Positions 10,745 through 23,815 of a stretch of DNA of 64,000 nt are shown here, in pieces. This stretch comes from Amoebophrya sp. A120 (Eukaryota > Protista > Dinoflagellata). The notes beneath the pieces are model-generated. The model did not search any database. It had not been told where the DNA came from and worked only from the letters and a program-made list of their open reading frames with translations. Location: contig CAJINV010000004.1 of NCBI GenBank assembly GCA_905178155.1, positions 5,166,242-5,230,241 on the forward strand, read 5' to 3'. The position numbers were made by a program, and so were the translations under genes. How positions within the stretch are numbered: the first letter of the stretch is position 1; the number at the start of each line of letters is the position of its first letter.

Positions 10745-13700
10745 TCACAAATGAAATGAGTGCAGGTCCATGTCTAGCCTTGGGTCGATGTCAAGCTTTA
10801 CGTTGACCCCCAAATCTATCCTCCTTCTCCGCGCGGTACTCGTGCTCAAGAACGAGCTCTCGAGTAGCGACTGCGATAATTGTCCCAGCTCGTCCATATC
10901 CACCTGTACATCCATTTCTTTCGTTGGCGCGGGAATGGCAGCTGATGGAATTCTTCTACTACTTCGTGCAGCATTTGTTCCTTGTGATTCTCCTCCCGCT
11001 CCTCCTTTCGTCGTCCACCTTAACACTCCTCCTGCGGAGAAGCTAGTAGAGGCCGATGAAGAGGACCCCGCTCCTACGTCTTCTCGGTACTCGTGATCAG
11101 GACTGGTGGCCGCGTCCACCATAGTAGCCGCACCACCAGTGCAGGGATGCAACTGTTGACCCCCGAGGACCCCAGCAGGAGATCGCCCGGTTGTTGTGCA
11201 TCGCGGATCGGCATTCGAAGCACTACAGCCCTTCTTGGGCGAAACGCCGTAGAAATCTTCCCAACTCCGGTCTTCTTCCTGGTGGTGCACGAGAAGTTCT
11301 TCCTCGCGGCCAGGTGCTGTTATGTTGTTGGGAGTTGCTCCTGTACTGTTTCTCCCGAACACTTTCGTGCGGTGCTTTATCTTCTTCGACGTGGTTCCAC
11401 CAGTGGAACTACCCGCACTCCTAGTACCACCCTCCTCGGCGAAATCTTCTACCTCGTCCACCAATTCCTCACTTGTTCCTCGCGCCGGCGGCGTCGAGAT
11501 CATGAAGAACTCCGCGCGAGACTGGTTCGACAGCGCGCGCTCCCGAGGCGGGTTCTCGAGGTTGTGCAAGCCGGCGGAGGACGAAGACGAGGATGATGTG
11601 TTGGAATGCGTGGAGATTTTGCTTTGCGCATTGAGCTGTCCCTGTCTTGAAGATGCGACGGCTGCATGTAGTTCATCGCCAGCTGCATTTACATTCTGCG
11701 AACCACCGGCAGCACTACCACCGTTGTTCCCACTAACCCTTCCACTAAAGCTGCAGCTCGATTCCGAGGGCGTCGGGCAGTAGTTTGGCGGTAAAGTAGA
11801 ATTGCCCATGTGGTCCACGTTCCGCGTGCCGCCGAAGAACATGAAACGGCGCTCCGGACTTTGGTCCGCGTCTCTGTAGTAGAGGTAGGTGCCGCTGCCG
11901 CTGAGCGTTGGGGGCTGGTGCTGCTGTAGTACATGAGGTTCTTCTACTTCTTGTCCTACCGTGTCCTTGACCCTCTCTGTCGCATTACTAATCGTCTTGC
12001 TTCCCGCAGCGGCTGTCACAAACGAGGACGCCGCAGAGGACGTTTTGCTCGTCGAATGCATGCTTGAGGAGGCTAATAGCTGCTCGCAGAAATGCTCGCC
12101 CTCGGTGGAGTATTCGAACTGCCCTTGTTGAAGCGTTTCTTGGGGTTCTTGCATCTGTTCTTGCTCCCCCATTAGTTGTTGCTCCGTTTCTGGTAGTGGT
12201 GCTTCTTCACCGAGCGTCAATGGATGATCTGGCGGATTTTGCTCCTCGGCATTTTTCTGGTCGTTCGCCTCATCCGAGACCACATTACCGCTATCTTTGG
12301 GTCGTTGCTGTGCAGGCTCGCCTGAAGATGTGGATGTACCAGCTGCACGACTATCTGCATTTCCAATTTCGCTTGTTTCTCCCTCTGCCTGAAAGTAGTC
12401 TTCATCCGTCGCAGTCACGGCGCGCACTGCGTCCGGCGATCCTTCGGAACTTGAGCCCCACTTCTCGTGCAACGGACTGGAGGTCGCCGGACTCAAAACC
12501 GCGTCGAGGTTGTATTGATTTTCGTTGTTTATGTTTTCTTTTTCAACATCAGCAAGGGTGGGAGTTTTGTCGACGTTCAGGTCTTGATGTTGGGTCTCCT
12601 CGCGAAGGTCCATGTTGTTCTTTACGTCTTCCACATCGTGCCCAACCAGGTGCTCCGCAGTGTCCAAATCAAACTGGACCTGGCTGGTTCTCTTGGAGAG
12701 GTATGCAGCTAGATAGAATGACCATCACCCTGCTCAATTCTTAATGCATACAATGCGCCCATCCACGACAGGGTACCCAATTTACACCTTTACACGGCAA
12801 TAAAGGTGTGGATTGGGTACCCAATCGACGTCGATTGGGTACCCAATCCACACCTTTATTGCCGTGTAAAGGTGTAAATTGGGTACCCTGTCGTGGATGG
12901 GCGCATTGTATGCATTAAGAATTGAGCAGGGTGATGGTCATTCTATCTAGCTGCATACCTCTCCAAGAGAACCAGCCAGGTCCAGTTTGATTTGGACACT
13001 GCGGAGCACCTGGTTGGGCACGATGTGGAAGACGTAAAGAACAACATGGACCTTCGCGAGGAGACCCAACATCAAGACCTGAACGTCGACAAAACTCCCA
13101 CCCTTGCTGATGTTGAAAAAGAAAACATAAACAACGAAAATCAATACAACCTCGACGCGGTTTTGAGTCCGGCGACCTCCAGTCCGTTGCACGAGAAGTG
13201 GGGCTCAAGTTCCGAAGGATCGCCGGACGCAGTGCGCGCCGTGACTGCGACGGATGAAGACTACTTTCAGGCAGAGGGAGAAACAAGCGAAATTGGAAAT
13301 GCAGATAGTCGTGCAGCTGGTACATCCACATCTTCAGGCGAGCCTGCACAGCAACGACCCAAAGATAGCGGTAATGTGGTCTCGGATGAGNGGTGTAAAT
13401 TGGCTACCCCGGGACTGGGTACCCAATCCACACCTTTCTTGCCGTGGAAAGGTGTAAATTGGGTACCCAGGGATTGGGTACCCAATCCACACTGGGTCCC
13501 AGTATGGATTGGGTACCCAGTGTAGATGGGACACTCTGGGTGCTTTTCAGTGCGGGCCGATTTTCCCGGGGGCCGACGAACGGCAGTTGTGCATGCGGAA
13601 GCACGGCAACGCAGTTTGCTCCGGATCCCTTGGCGAACAAATGACAACACAAACCCACGAAAGTTTAAAATTTTATTTTTATTCGTCTAGGACTTCTCGC

Positions 13701-16700
13701 ATTTTTCTCTTGTGATGATGCCAGACGACGCGAATTTTCAAAATTTTATTTTTATTCACGTTCGGGGACCGCGAAATTTCAAAATTTTATTTTTATTAAC
13801 ATTCGGAAACCACGAATTTTCAAAGTTTTATTTTTATTGTGCGCTGCCTCTGAGATGCAGATGAGGAACTGTTCCCACATGAAATGCAAAATATGGCTTG
13901 CACTGATGTACGCATTTGCGCATCACAGATTCCGGGTGAGAGTCAACATTTGATCTAGGGATAAGAACCGGGTCGACTTGATTTCTGGCTTCACATTGTC
14001 CACCTCCTGCTCCAACGCATTCACCAACTCGGCGGCGTCACTTTGAAGAAGAACAACGTCGTTCTTTGTTTCATCATCATCTCCTGTTGCAGATACAGCC
14101 TGTTCGCCTTTGTCTTCGTCTTGCTGCAGGTGGTCCAGCTTTGTTTCGTTCTCCCCGACCGCAATTCCACCACGAGAAGCTGCTGCTGCTGCTGGATCCT
14201 CACCCCCTTCTCCAACATTCGCAGTTCCGCGTGTCTTTCGCATCCTGTCCCGTTTCGCTGACAACCGCTCCCGCGGTGACGCCGAAGCGAGTCTTTGGTC
14301 CACGACGGATTTGAAATCTGGCTTCTTCAGCCTAGAAGTTCTTGTACCAGGCTTTTCAAATTTGAATTTCCGCCGGACAATTTCCGCCCAGTTCTTACGT
14401 GCGTTCGGGTCGACGCCAACGACCTGTTCTGCTTGTGGCTCGACGGCTCCTGGTGGAGCAGCAGTTGATGTAGTCCCATCGTTTTTTACGTCCGCTTGTA
14501 GTTCCGCAGTACTTTCATTTTTTGCGTCTGCCACAAAATCTGCTGTTGAATCATCCCCAGCTTCGCCAGCATCAGAGGTATAGATTTCCACATCCTGCGT
14601 CGCTTTGGAAAGTTCTGCTAGTGGGATGTTGCCGTCGTCGACGACTGCTGGCTGGTTTTGTTCTTCCTCGATGTTATTTCGACCATTTTCACTCCATTCC
14701 ATAGTCTCGGTTGTAGTGGGTGCAGCAGCTGTGTCTGCTCGTTCCGCATCTGGAGTGAATATTGGGTCCACTGCCCCCGCAAGCGTGGTCGACGACGACG
14801 TCGGGAGATTTTTATTACCCAATGATTCCCCGCCGCCCCTGTCTTCAAGGAAACTATCCTCTTCCGGGGAAACCAGCGGGGAGTCAGGCACTGGGACGGC
14901 CATCGCATCACTTTCCCCGGCGGCAAGTTCCGCAAGGCCGGCGGGTAAGAGAGACGGCTGGGTCGTTATGTCTTCGTCTTGTTGATCTTGAACTTGATCT
15001 GCATTTTCATTTTCTTGCGTACTATTGACATCGTATCTCTGGGCCGTGGCAGTTGTCTCCTGGTCTATCACGACCATCGCGGCCTGCGGCTGCTCCCCAT
15101 CTTCATCTGGTTCCTCGTCTAAATTCGACAACTCCAGGAGGGACAAATCGCCAGCTGCATCGGGCTCCGCGATGACCGGAGCTTCGGGCGCTACTCCCAT
15201 CTCTTGTTGTATCGTTTCGCTCGTTTCGACTGCTCCTCCACCTCCAGCTGCTGTTGAGTTGAGCATGATGTTCTCTTCCTCCACTTCCCTGTCCGCTTGC
15301 AGCACCGCCTCGCGGATCGATGCGCGAACACTCTCAGCGACGTCTTTGCCTTGATCTAGTACCTGCTGGGGGTTCGGCGAGCCTGCATCCTCATTAGTTG
15401 CACGAATTATATCCGCGGTCGGAAGTTCTACACCAGCATTTATTTGACCTGTAGTTTCCGCTCTTCCGTCTCCTTCGTTTTCGGAGGCGCTCGGAGCGCC
15501 AAAATTTACCGACGCGGTGGCCCTCTGCGTCGTAGCCGTAGTGCTGTTGGCAGCTGCGACCTCAGATGATGTTGATCCGGCATTTGGTTGTTCTGCAACA
15601 GGCATTTTCACCGCATCACCCTCTTCAACGCTAGATGATACGTCAGCACCTGCTGTGGCCGTTGCGGGCGGCTCATGTTCATCTGGCTGATCTTCTCCTG
15701 CATCTTTTTCTAGTAGTACGGGTGCAATCCCAACTTCCTCCGCCTCCGAGTTGCTGCTCGGTGCGCCGAAGCTGACGGAAGCGTTCGCCCTTTGCGGAAA
15801 AACAATGGCTGCACCAGACTCCGCTACTTCTGCCCCGCCCCCGACAGGGGCGTCCTCTCGAGCCTCATCAAGATCCGATGAGCTAGGGGCGCCGAAAGTG
15901 ATGGACGCATTCTGTCTTGTTGCCGGAATTACTGGAGCAGCACTATCTACTGTGTTGGTGTTTTCCTCATCTTCACCATCCGCATGATTCCGTTCTTGTC
16001 CATCGGCGTTCTTGGCCGCTTCAGACGCGCTGCTTTCCCCACCATCTCCGAACGCCACTGAGGTGTTCGGCCGTCTGAAAGACAGCTTTGCTAGGCTGAT
16101 ATTGCCGTCCCCCTCGTCGTCTTCGTCTACGATGTCTTTTGAAGATCCTGCAGCACCGTGCGTATTGTTGTTCACCATTCCGTCAAGAACTTCAGGAGAC
16201 ACAGACGGTCCTTCACCAGATCCAGGGAGCTGTTGTTCTCCAAGTTCACCTTCTCGTCCTTCGTCAGGAGTACCTTGCGGACGCACCGGTTGTGAAGTCA
16301 CTTTTGTTTTCTCCTCCGCTATGACATCACCGGCGGCCAGATTATTGTCCTCTTCGTCGTTGTTCTGCGCGTCGTCCCCTAGTTGCGCTTGCGCCGGCAC
16401 TGCCTGTGCCTCTACCAGTCCACCAACTACAACATCTTCTTGCGGGGGCATATTGATTTCAATCGCCGGCGGTTCGGTCAACGGGGGCGACCGCGACTTG
16501 CCGCGAAAGTAGTCGTCCACAATGGTTTCCTTCGACAACCCGTCGCTTTCCGAGACCACAACCAGCGGTAATGGGCTACTGGCAGCGATGGTCGTGCTCG
16601 TGGTCGGCGGTTGTTCTTGCTGCGATAGTTCTGGGTCGTCTGCGGAGGACAACTTTGGCTGCAGCAATGGAGGTAGTGCAGCACTACTCGGCGGCGGCTT

Positions 16701-19640
16701 GTTTTCACCTTCGGGTCCTCGTGCAGGCATTCTCTTTAGTTTCGACGTCCCTGGAGGTGTAACCGAACAAACTCCAGGCGTAGTAGAAGTTGCGGCGAGA
16801 ACAGAGAGCTTGTTCTCATCCTCCACAGATGAAGAGACCACATGTGCGGCGGAGGCTGAAATGACCGCATCTTGTTCTAGGGCTCCTGCAGCTGCAGAAA
16901 GATGAACCATCGGAGTCGAGGACTCAACTCTCTTCTTTACCGCCTCCGCCTCCTCAACACCACCCGCCAACATCCCAGCCATCGGCGAAGGCGCAGGATC
17001 TTCGTGCTCGGTCGTCTCCTGGTCTTGTGCCTGAAAAGATCCATCTGCTCCGCTGTCCATTTCAGGGAAGAACTCCGGTTCCTCCGGACCGAGAAGGGGC
17101 GAATCCGACATTTCTTCTAGTAGCGGCGGCCGATCGGGACTCGATTCAACTGGGTTGTTCGCGGGGGTCAGGTCCAACGGAGACATGGTTCCAGCGTTTA
17201 TGTCTTGCGAGAAAACCGGGAGAGTGGAAGGGAAGACAAAAGACGTCGGCTGGGCGCCACCTGTAGGTGTTGTGCAGTAATGCTATACTATTCCTATTCT
17301 GGATGTTCTACCTTGCCAGCTCAAACGATGAAACTGGGAGGTATCCATATCTAACAAAGCAGATCCATGCAGATGATGGTCATGTCGGCTGCAAAAACTG
17401 CAGACATGTATTTACTTAGTACCTCTCGAATCCAAGGCAAGCTGCGGCCCCATGAAGTGCGGCGCTCTAGCGAACGCTGGTGAGGAGTTGGGACTGTTAC
17501 TTCTGCTACGTGAAGATGATGAGGTAGGACCAACTACTGCAGTTGAAATCTTTGCTGCGCCCTGAAGAGATGAACCAAACTGTTTCGCCGATAGCGGCGC
17601 TTGTTTGCTAGGTGAAGACTTCTCGGGCGACGACTTTTCGGGTGAGGATTCCCACTGTTCCGGCAGGGGGATGTCCTCAAGAATCGGGCTGTTGGAGAGC
17701 AGCGGAACAGCGTTATTTGTTCCAGGAAAATCTTTCTCTTCCAGACGAGGATTTGTTGAAGCAAGACCTTGCTTTCCTTGTTCGTGGTCCTGTAGTTCTT
17801 CGTGCTCGTCGGATACCGAGTGCAAGACTTCTACATCTACTATCCCGTCATCGTCGTGCTCGTGGTCCTTGTTCTTACCTTGTTCTCCGCGCGCTGCGTT
17901 CGCGAGCACTTGGTACGCAGCGTCTGCGTCCGGATTTCTACTAACCGCATCGTGTCGTGTCTCCTCAACGTCGAACACATGATGGTCTTGATCTCCCGAA
18001 TTAGTGGTTTTCTTGCTCTGCACCGGCAGGCCGCTGACCGTCGTGCGCAACTCCGCGTCCTCCACAGTGGTTTTCACCACCTCTTCCCACGTGGCATCCG
18101 AGAAGAACTCCGTGCCGCTCGCACCCGTGGAGTTGCTCTTCGACTGGATTGGGTCTTTCCGACTGTTCTTGCTGTTCGTAGCGATATCCGCGAGATGGTC
18201 GTCAAAGTCCAGGTCATCAGAGTCGTCCTCAGAGGGAACTTGGGACAAAACCGTTTCGTCTGACCCCACGTCCTCCGTTACGAAGGGGTACAGTTGATCT
18301 TGATCCTGACCACCTCCTAGTACAGCTCTACTGTGAAGATTCCTATTGCCATTTATGTTTTTTGCGGTAGTACCAGCACGAGCCTCCTCTTCGTCTTCAG
18401 GCGGCAAAAGCTCGTCGATTACGCTCGTGAGACCCAAGACCACCCCACTGACGGTCTGCTTCACGGTGGACCGCACGTTTTCAGATGTTAAGGAAGCGAC
18501 GATGGCTTCGGCGGTGGATGAAGGTTGTTTCTCTGCTTCTACAACTCCGGTTGTTGTTCCTGCTCTTGATCGACTAGCTGACGAGGCGGCAGGGGTGCCG
18601 CCGTTCTCCTCGGCAGTTTGCGATTGGGGTGGAGATCTGTTGTTGGTCCCGCCCATCATGATGCCGCCAGAGGCGGTCCTGGCGTTGCTGCTAGAAGTGC
18701 CGGTGTTCTGCGCATCGTTGAAGCGCAGATTCTCCACTAGGTCATCCATTTGAAACACGGACGTGACCATGTCGACAACGTCGTGGACCTCGTATGGCGT
18801 TCTCAAATGTTACATTCTCGACTGTTACAGGAATTTGTAATGCAAGAATAGCACAGGTGAGAGGGAGAACCCTGCGCGTCTTGCATTACAGATTTGGTTC
18901 GGATTCTAGGGCTATTTAGCGCGTCGAGAATTCGTCATGCGAAGTAGTTTGATCGTCTGGGAGCTCATGGTCGTTTTGCATGACAAATCATGTAACAGCT
19001 GAGAATGTCACGTTTGAGAACGCCATACCTCGTCTACCAAGGTGCGGGTGCTGCTCCGCATGGCGTCGTGCACCGGTCGCCGAAGAACGTCCTCCGACTC
19101 ATCGATTTCCGACGTGTCCGAGTCGTGCACTCGGTCTCTATGCCGTTCACTTTCATGTTGTTCCTGCTGTATCTCATGCTCAGCATGTTGTTCTGCCTCT
19201 GCCTCTGCCTTCGGACCTCGAGTTCTTGCATGATCATCCGCGTACTTTTGCTCACCCTCCGCCTCGATATGATCATTATGCCCCCGCTTATAGATTTCTT
19301 CTTCTTCCATCCTCCCTCCTCTTCTGTCCACAGCCCGCTGTCGCAACTCTTCGATTTCGGCCTTCGCTGCGGAGGCGTTGATGTGTTGGTCAGCTGTAAT
19401 CTCGTTATGTTTCTTGTTGACAACCACATCTGTAGTTCCTTGTTGATGCGGAGGTGCAGCAGCATCGTCTCCAGCTTGTTCGCCCTCGTGATTGGGTTCG
19501 GAAAAATTCACGTCCTGGTTGGCTGCAGCGTAAAAGTTTTCGTGTTCTTCGCTGTTATCCACGCTAACCGTAGAAGCTCCGGCGCTTGCAGCTGTCCCAG
19601 GATCTTCGGCAACAGTGCCGCCGGCCTCCTCGACGGACAT
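10745..19640 (-). CDS. ~2400-aa acidic, largely disordered hypothetical protein (exons 19640-19029, 18788-17423, 17260-13964, 12696-10745)
   Basis: Four long ORFs join in frame (7227 nt) via introner 18793-19027, GT-AG intron 17261-17422 and introner 12702-13963. Internal repeats of ASV(S/N)FGAPSS. Confidence 0.75.
12269..13390. repeat. Perfect palindrome with 561-bp arms (inverted duplication), centre 12829/12830, ending at an N
   Basis: 12830-13390 is the reverse complement of 12269-12829, as shown by the mirrored ORFs in the track. N at 13391. Confidence 0.95.
12757..13530. repeat. Element built from palindromic (ATT)GGGTACCC(AAT) units with CCCATC...GATGGG ends
   Basis: Multiple GGGTACCC units at 12771-12890 and 13400-13520; interrupted by the palindrome and the N. 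Confidence 0.65.
13655..13840. repeat. Four degenerate copies of CGAA-TTT-AAA(A/G)TTTTATTTTTATT
   Basis: Copies near 13657, 13731, 13771 and 13812. Confidence 0.8.
18793..19027. mobile_element. Introner, TATGGCGTTCTCAAA family; can be spliced as GT-AG intron 19028-18789
   Basis: Perfect 15-bp TIR; CCTCG/CCTCG duplication; removing 240 nt joins LVDE|VHDV. Confidence 0.93.
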
Positions 19641-20676
19641 TGATGTTGCACAAAATTTCAACAGCGGTATGTCAGAAGTTGCGACCCATTTTTACCCGTT
19701 TCATAAAGAAGCGCCAACGTTGGGATCGAGACACGAAAAGCACCAAAGAACAGAGACGGTTTTATGTTCAGCTAAGATCCTCTACTCTCCTAGGACAACT
19801 TCTAACACGATCATACTGTGCTGTGGTCAACAAGAAAAACAAGTTGGTGCCAGAAGAAGGACCAGAGGCAGAGAGTGACAGTGTTTCTCGAGTTGGAACA
19901 TAAATCGAAAAACGAAGGTCGTGATAAAGCAGATCGAGAAAAAAACTCGTGGGAGCGAGGAGCCATGATGCTGGCAACGATGTTGGTGTACAACGTCCTC
20001 GCCTGTTCACAAGTTGTTGTCTTCGAAAACCACGCTTGGGATAAAAATGCCTCGTCCACTTGAATACGGCTACTAACTTCCTCCTTCCCGAGGCCGACAC
20101 GAGTCGATCTACTTCTGTGCGAACATCGATCGATCGATAACCATCAAGGCTGAGGACTCAAGAAACACCAAACATGCTGCTACGTGCAGAGGCCACGTAC
20201 ACTTATCTTGCTCAAAATGTGGTACGGAGGTCTGGCTTGATACCAGAGTCATGAATGAGTTTTTCGGTTTCTCAATTCCAATTGGCCATTTCCTTGCCAG
20301 TACATAATGTCGAAGATGTCGTGGGCCCAAACAAGGAGCCGGAATTTGTTTTTTGCAACCCTTGTTGCTGCACAACACTATTTTACACATGCACAACATC
20401 ACAAGACTTCGGAGTCTATGATCGGTATCGAAAACATCTATCATTGAACCTCGCCCACGCTGTGACGTAGTAACCACACAGTGGTCGTCCTCCAAAACTC
20501 AAAGCAAAAACCTATTCCTATGCGAAGGAATGCAGAAGTCTAATTCTTTCTTGTCCGAATCATGTTCCGCGGAAGTTGCACAACAAGCACCCTTTTTGGC
20601 TCGTCCTCACCCCCGCAGCCACGGCGACTAAGCAGAGCTAGTACTTGTACTTCTTCACAGCGATTTTTACTTATCC

Positions 20677-21567
20677 CTACAGTTCCGACCCCTCGCCACC
20701 GTCGAAACCAGTGTACAAAAAGTCCTCCTTGGTGACCTTCGTTTCCTTGCCGCCCTTGTTGACTCTATCGACATTGCAAATACGTCTGGGTCTGGTGGAA
20801 TTTGTGTTGCGAGAGTTGAAGAAGTAGTACAGCACGATATGTAGAAGTGCAAGGACAGCAGTGGGAAGTTTTTTTGTCGTGCTGGAAGGCAACTTGTCGT
20901 GCTTGTTCACGAATGAATTCGCAATAAGGCGCGGAGATCTTCTCATGGTGTCTTTAATATGCCGTCCTATAAGCGGCCAGTGCCAGTCTGCAATGCTGCA
21001 TGTACTATCAGCAACACAACTTTCCAGAGGACCCAGACATGTCATTTACATTTGATAGACCCCATCGATGAGCATTTGCACCCGCTGCTCCGCCTTTTCC
21101 TTCGTGGTCGGGTTCTCCGCGCGCTCCAGCACCCAGGCAAATTCCTTGAAGGTAATCCCGAGGAAGGAAACGCGGGAATAAATCAATGCGTAGTTTTCGT
21201 AGTCCGTGTCAATCACCTGGTAGTCGCCCCAGAACGGCGCGTTGCCGATCTTCACCTGCAGCACCCCCTCGGTCGAGTCTTTCGGCTTCCGCGCCTTCCC
21301 CTCCAGCGTGACCCGGTGCAGCTTGGACGCCGGGTCCGTCTTGTCCACCGGCTGGAGGTCGCTGTTTTCCACTTTCAGAAACTCGTACGCGCTGTTTTCT
21401 TCTTCTACTTGTGGTCCACCTTCTTCCATTTTCGAGTAAATTGCCTTCGCTTTCTTGCCGTCTTGAAACGGGTTGGGCAGACGGGCGCGCTCCCACCAAA
21501 CCCCGAGGTACCGAGTCGTGTCGAAGTTCTGCACGACAACCACGGAACGACTCGCGGACCCGCCCAT
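20677..21567 (-). CDS. Lipocalin (ApoD/Blc-like), two exons, N-terminal MG (possible myristoylation)
   Basis: VQNFDTTRYLGVWWERAR (SCR1) and YQVIDTDYENYALIYS, AWVLER (SCR2/3). The introner join gives IDGV|NKGGK...EL*. Confidence 0.9.
20766..21057. mobile_element. Introner, TATCAAATG..GTCTGGGTCTGG family
   Basis: Imperfect TIR; flanks GACTC/GACCC; removing 297 nt is in frame. Confidence 0.87.
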
Positions 21568-22224
21568 TTTTTTTTTAATATTTGACAGAAAATTTTTTAA
21601 TCCGTATGATCCGTTGCAGCTTCACCGATATAATTTTACTACGACTTTATTTTAACCGCTCCTGGTGCGTTGTGTCGTGGTTCTTTGGTTGATGTTGAAT
21701 GATGGATCTCCTGCTAATGTCGAATGATGGATCTCCTACTTCGTCCTGATGTGTAGGTAGTACAACAAACTTGTATGATATTATGCTCTCTACTCTTTGT
21801 CTTTCAACACCGTGCTGTGTTCGTCCGCTCTCCTCTCTTTAACTTTATTCGGTTTCGGATCTTGTTGGTCGTGGTACAACTCTAATATAATTTCTTCTTA
21901 ACCAACTATATTCATGATTCGGATTTGCTGGATCTTCGTTCGCAGTGCTAGAAAATTAGGACGGCATATATTCGAACCAGGAGTACGTTTTCCTATGACC
22001 GCAAAACTTTCTGCAAGTGGAAACCCTACGCCCGGTTGGTTTTACGGGATCCCGCCCAGGATGAACAACCGGGTGGTTCTGCTTTCCCACACCAGCAAAA
22101 GAAGTTGCCGATGCCGACAACTATCCAAAGCAAATCCAAATCAGTTTACTCGCGAGTCGCTTTCATCTTCATCTGTGTATCATCTGTATCTGTTTCGGCA
22201 TCGGTCTCTAAGATGAAACAAAAC

Positions 22225-23690
22225 TAAATATACTAGACTACTGCGCCGGCGTCCAGGACGCCGGCGATAGGTCGTCCAGTAAATCTAAAATCAAAAAACT
22301 ATCGCGAAACGCTAGCGGAACAAATTGACTCGGCGACCGAGTCGCCCGATTGTGAATCTTATCTGCTCGCGGAGACGCGGCCACTAGTAGGAGCCCTCTA
22401 GGCGGTTTTGAGTAGCATGACAAAACGGGCCCGCGCTTGCTAGTGGCGCCCTTCACTAGTAGCGGCCCGCATTAGAAACGGACGCGCCCACCCTCGTTTC
22501 CTGGGCTTCTGCCCCGTCCCAGCGAGCCCGGCCGCTGGCCTTGGCCTGCTTCCCCTTTCTTGGGCTGTCTGACTTCTACAAAGAACCACCCGCCGCGCTT
22601 TCTAAGCCAGCGACCGAGGCCGTGATCTAGCAAAGCCCTCCAACCAAGCGAGGCCTCTAGAAGGCAAAGAAATTCCCAGCGTCACGCCCTCCACTCTTAC
22701 TATAACTTCTATTGGAAGCCCAGCCGCCGAATCTATAAGGGCGGGAAATCGGAGCAGAGAAGCGATATTGTTGCGCTACTTCCCGCCTGCGAGAAGGCCA
22801 ACCACATGCAGGATTTTTGGCCCCCCCCGTGCCGCTCGCTTTCTTCAGAATGCAGGCGCCCTCCTTTTCTTTTCTCCCCAGATATGCCCCCAGATATTAT
22901 GTCCCCAGATATTATCTTCCCAGATATATCCCCAGACGCCCCCCCTGAGATATCCCCAGAGATATCCCCAGATACCTCCCCAGATATATCCCCAGATATC
23001 TCCCCAGATATATCCCCAGAGATTTTTGGATGGTGTTAATAAATTTGCCTGAGGCCCGGGGGGCGCTCCCGCTCCCGTTTCGTTTTGCTACGTTCTGGCG
23101 CCCCCCCTACCCCCCCCCCAAAATGGGGCCGGGGTTTGGGGGTAGCCAGAATAGGCCTGCTAAAAACCGGCCTGGCGTTTTTTCCGCTTTTTTTCGATTT
23201 CCTTGTGCCTCGGGGCCCGTGGGAAACTCTGCGGGGTCTTGTTCATTTTGCGACGCGCGTTGCTTCGCCTGTCTTTTCCAGGCAACCAAGCTGCCGGAAC
23301 TCGCAAGCACCGCCGCCCGCGCGGGCAGCCACTTGCAGCGCAGGCCGCAAGGGCTGTCAGCAACACCTGTCCGGCTGCGGCTGCCGTTGCAAGTTGCGAC
23401 CTGCGCTGCAGGGTGCCGCCTGCCCTCGCAAATCCTTGTGGCCTGCGTTGCAGAGTGAAACATCTCACGTCGCAAATAAACTGCTTACCGACCGGCTGCG
23501 CTTGCAGCGTTTCTATGTGTGCCGTCTCGTCAACCTTCCTAAGGCCATCCCCTAGGGCTATCTCCTAGGGCTATCCCCTAAGGAATAGCCCTAGGGGAAT
23601 GCTCTAGATGCCTTCTTTTCTAGAATTCATTTTCTAAGGGCGCCCCTATAATCTATAAGCGCGAAAAATCCGAGTAAAAATTCTATAGTT
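22225..23690. repeat. GC-rich intergenic repetitive insertion; boundaries approximate
   Basis: ~12-bp CCCCAGATATAT minisatellite at 22875-23025; CCTAGGGCTAT repeats at 23540-23600; ~30-bp imperfect direct repeat AATCTATAAG.GCG..AAATC.GAG at ~22731 and ~23649. Confidence 0.55.
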
Positions 23691-23815
23691 CTATTTTATT
23701 TGTCGCGAAATCATATCTTTGCCGTCGGGGGCGTCGGCGCAACTTTTTGTTCGTCTAATTTTCGTCCATGAAGGTGGGCAGTACACGGAGGAGATGGCGA
23801 GTGCCCCTACAGCAA

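Larger units (their letters stand above)
12702..13963. mobile_element. Degenerate introner expanded by a nested GGGTACCC-repeat element
   Basis: Ends TATGCAGCTAGATAGAATGACCATCACCC versus revcomp TATCCCTAGATCAAATGTTGACTCTCACCC; flanks AGAGG/AGAAC; removal joins KSTRF|SKRTSQVQF in frame; GCATCACA motif at ~13920. Confidence 0.68.

Noticed and set aside
12992-13525. Plus-strand 177-aa ORF duplicating the MDTAEH protein
   Set aside because: It is only the mirror arm of the palindrome and runs through an N into repeats.
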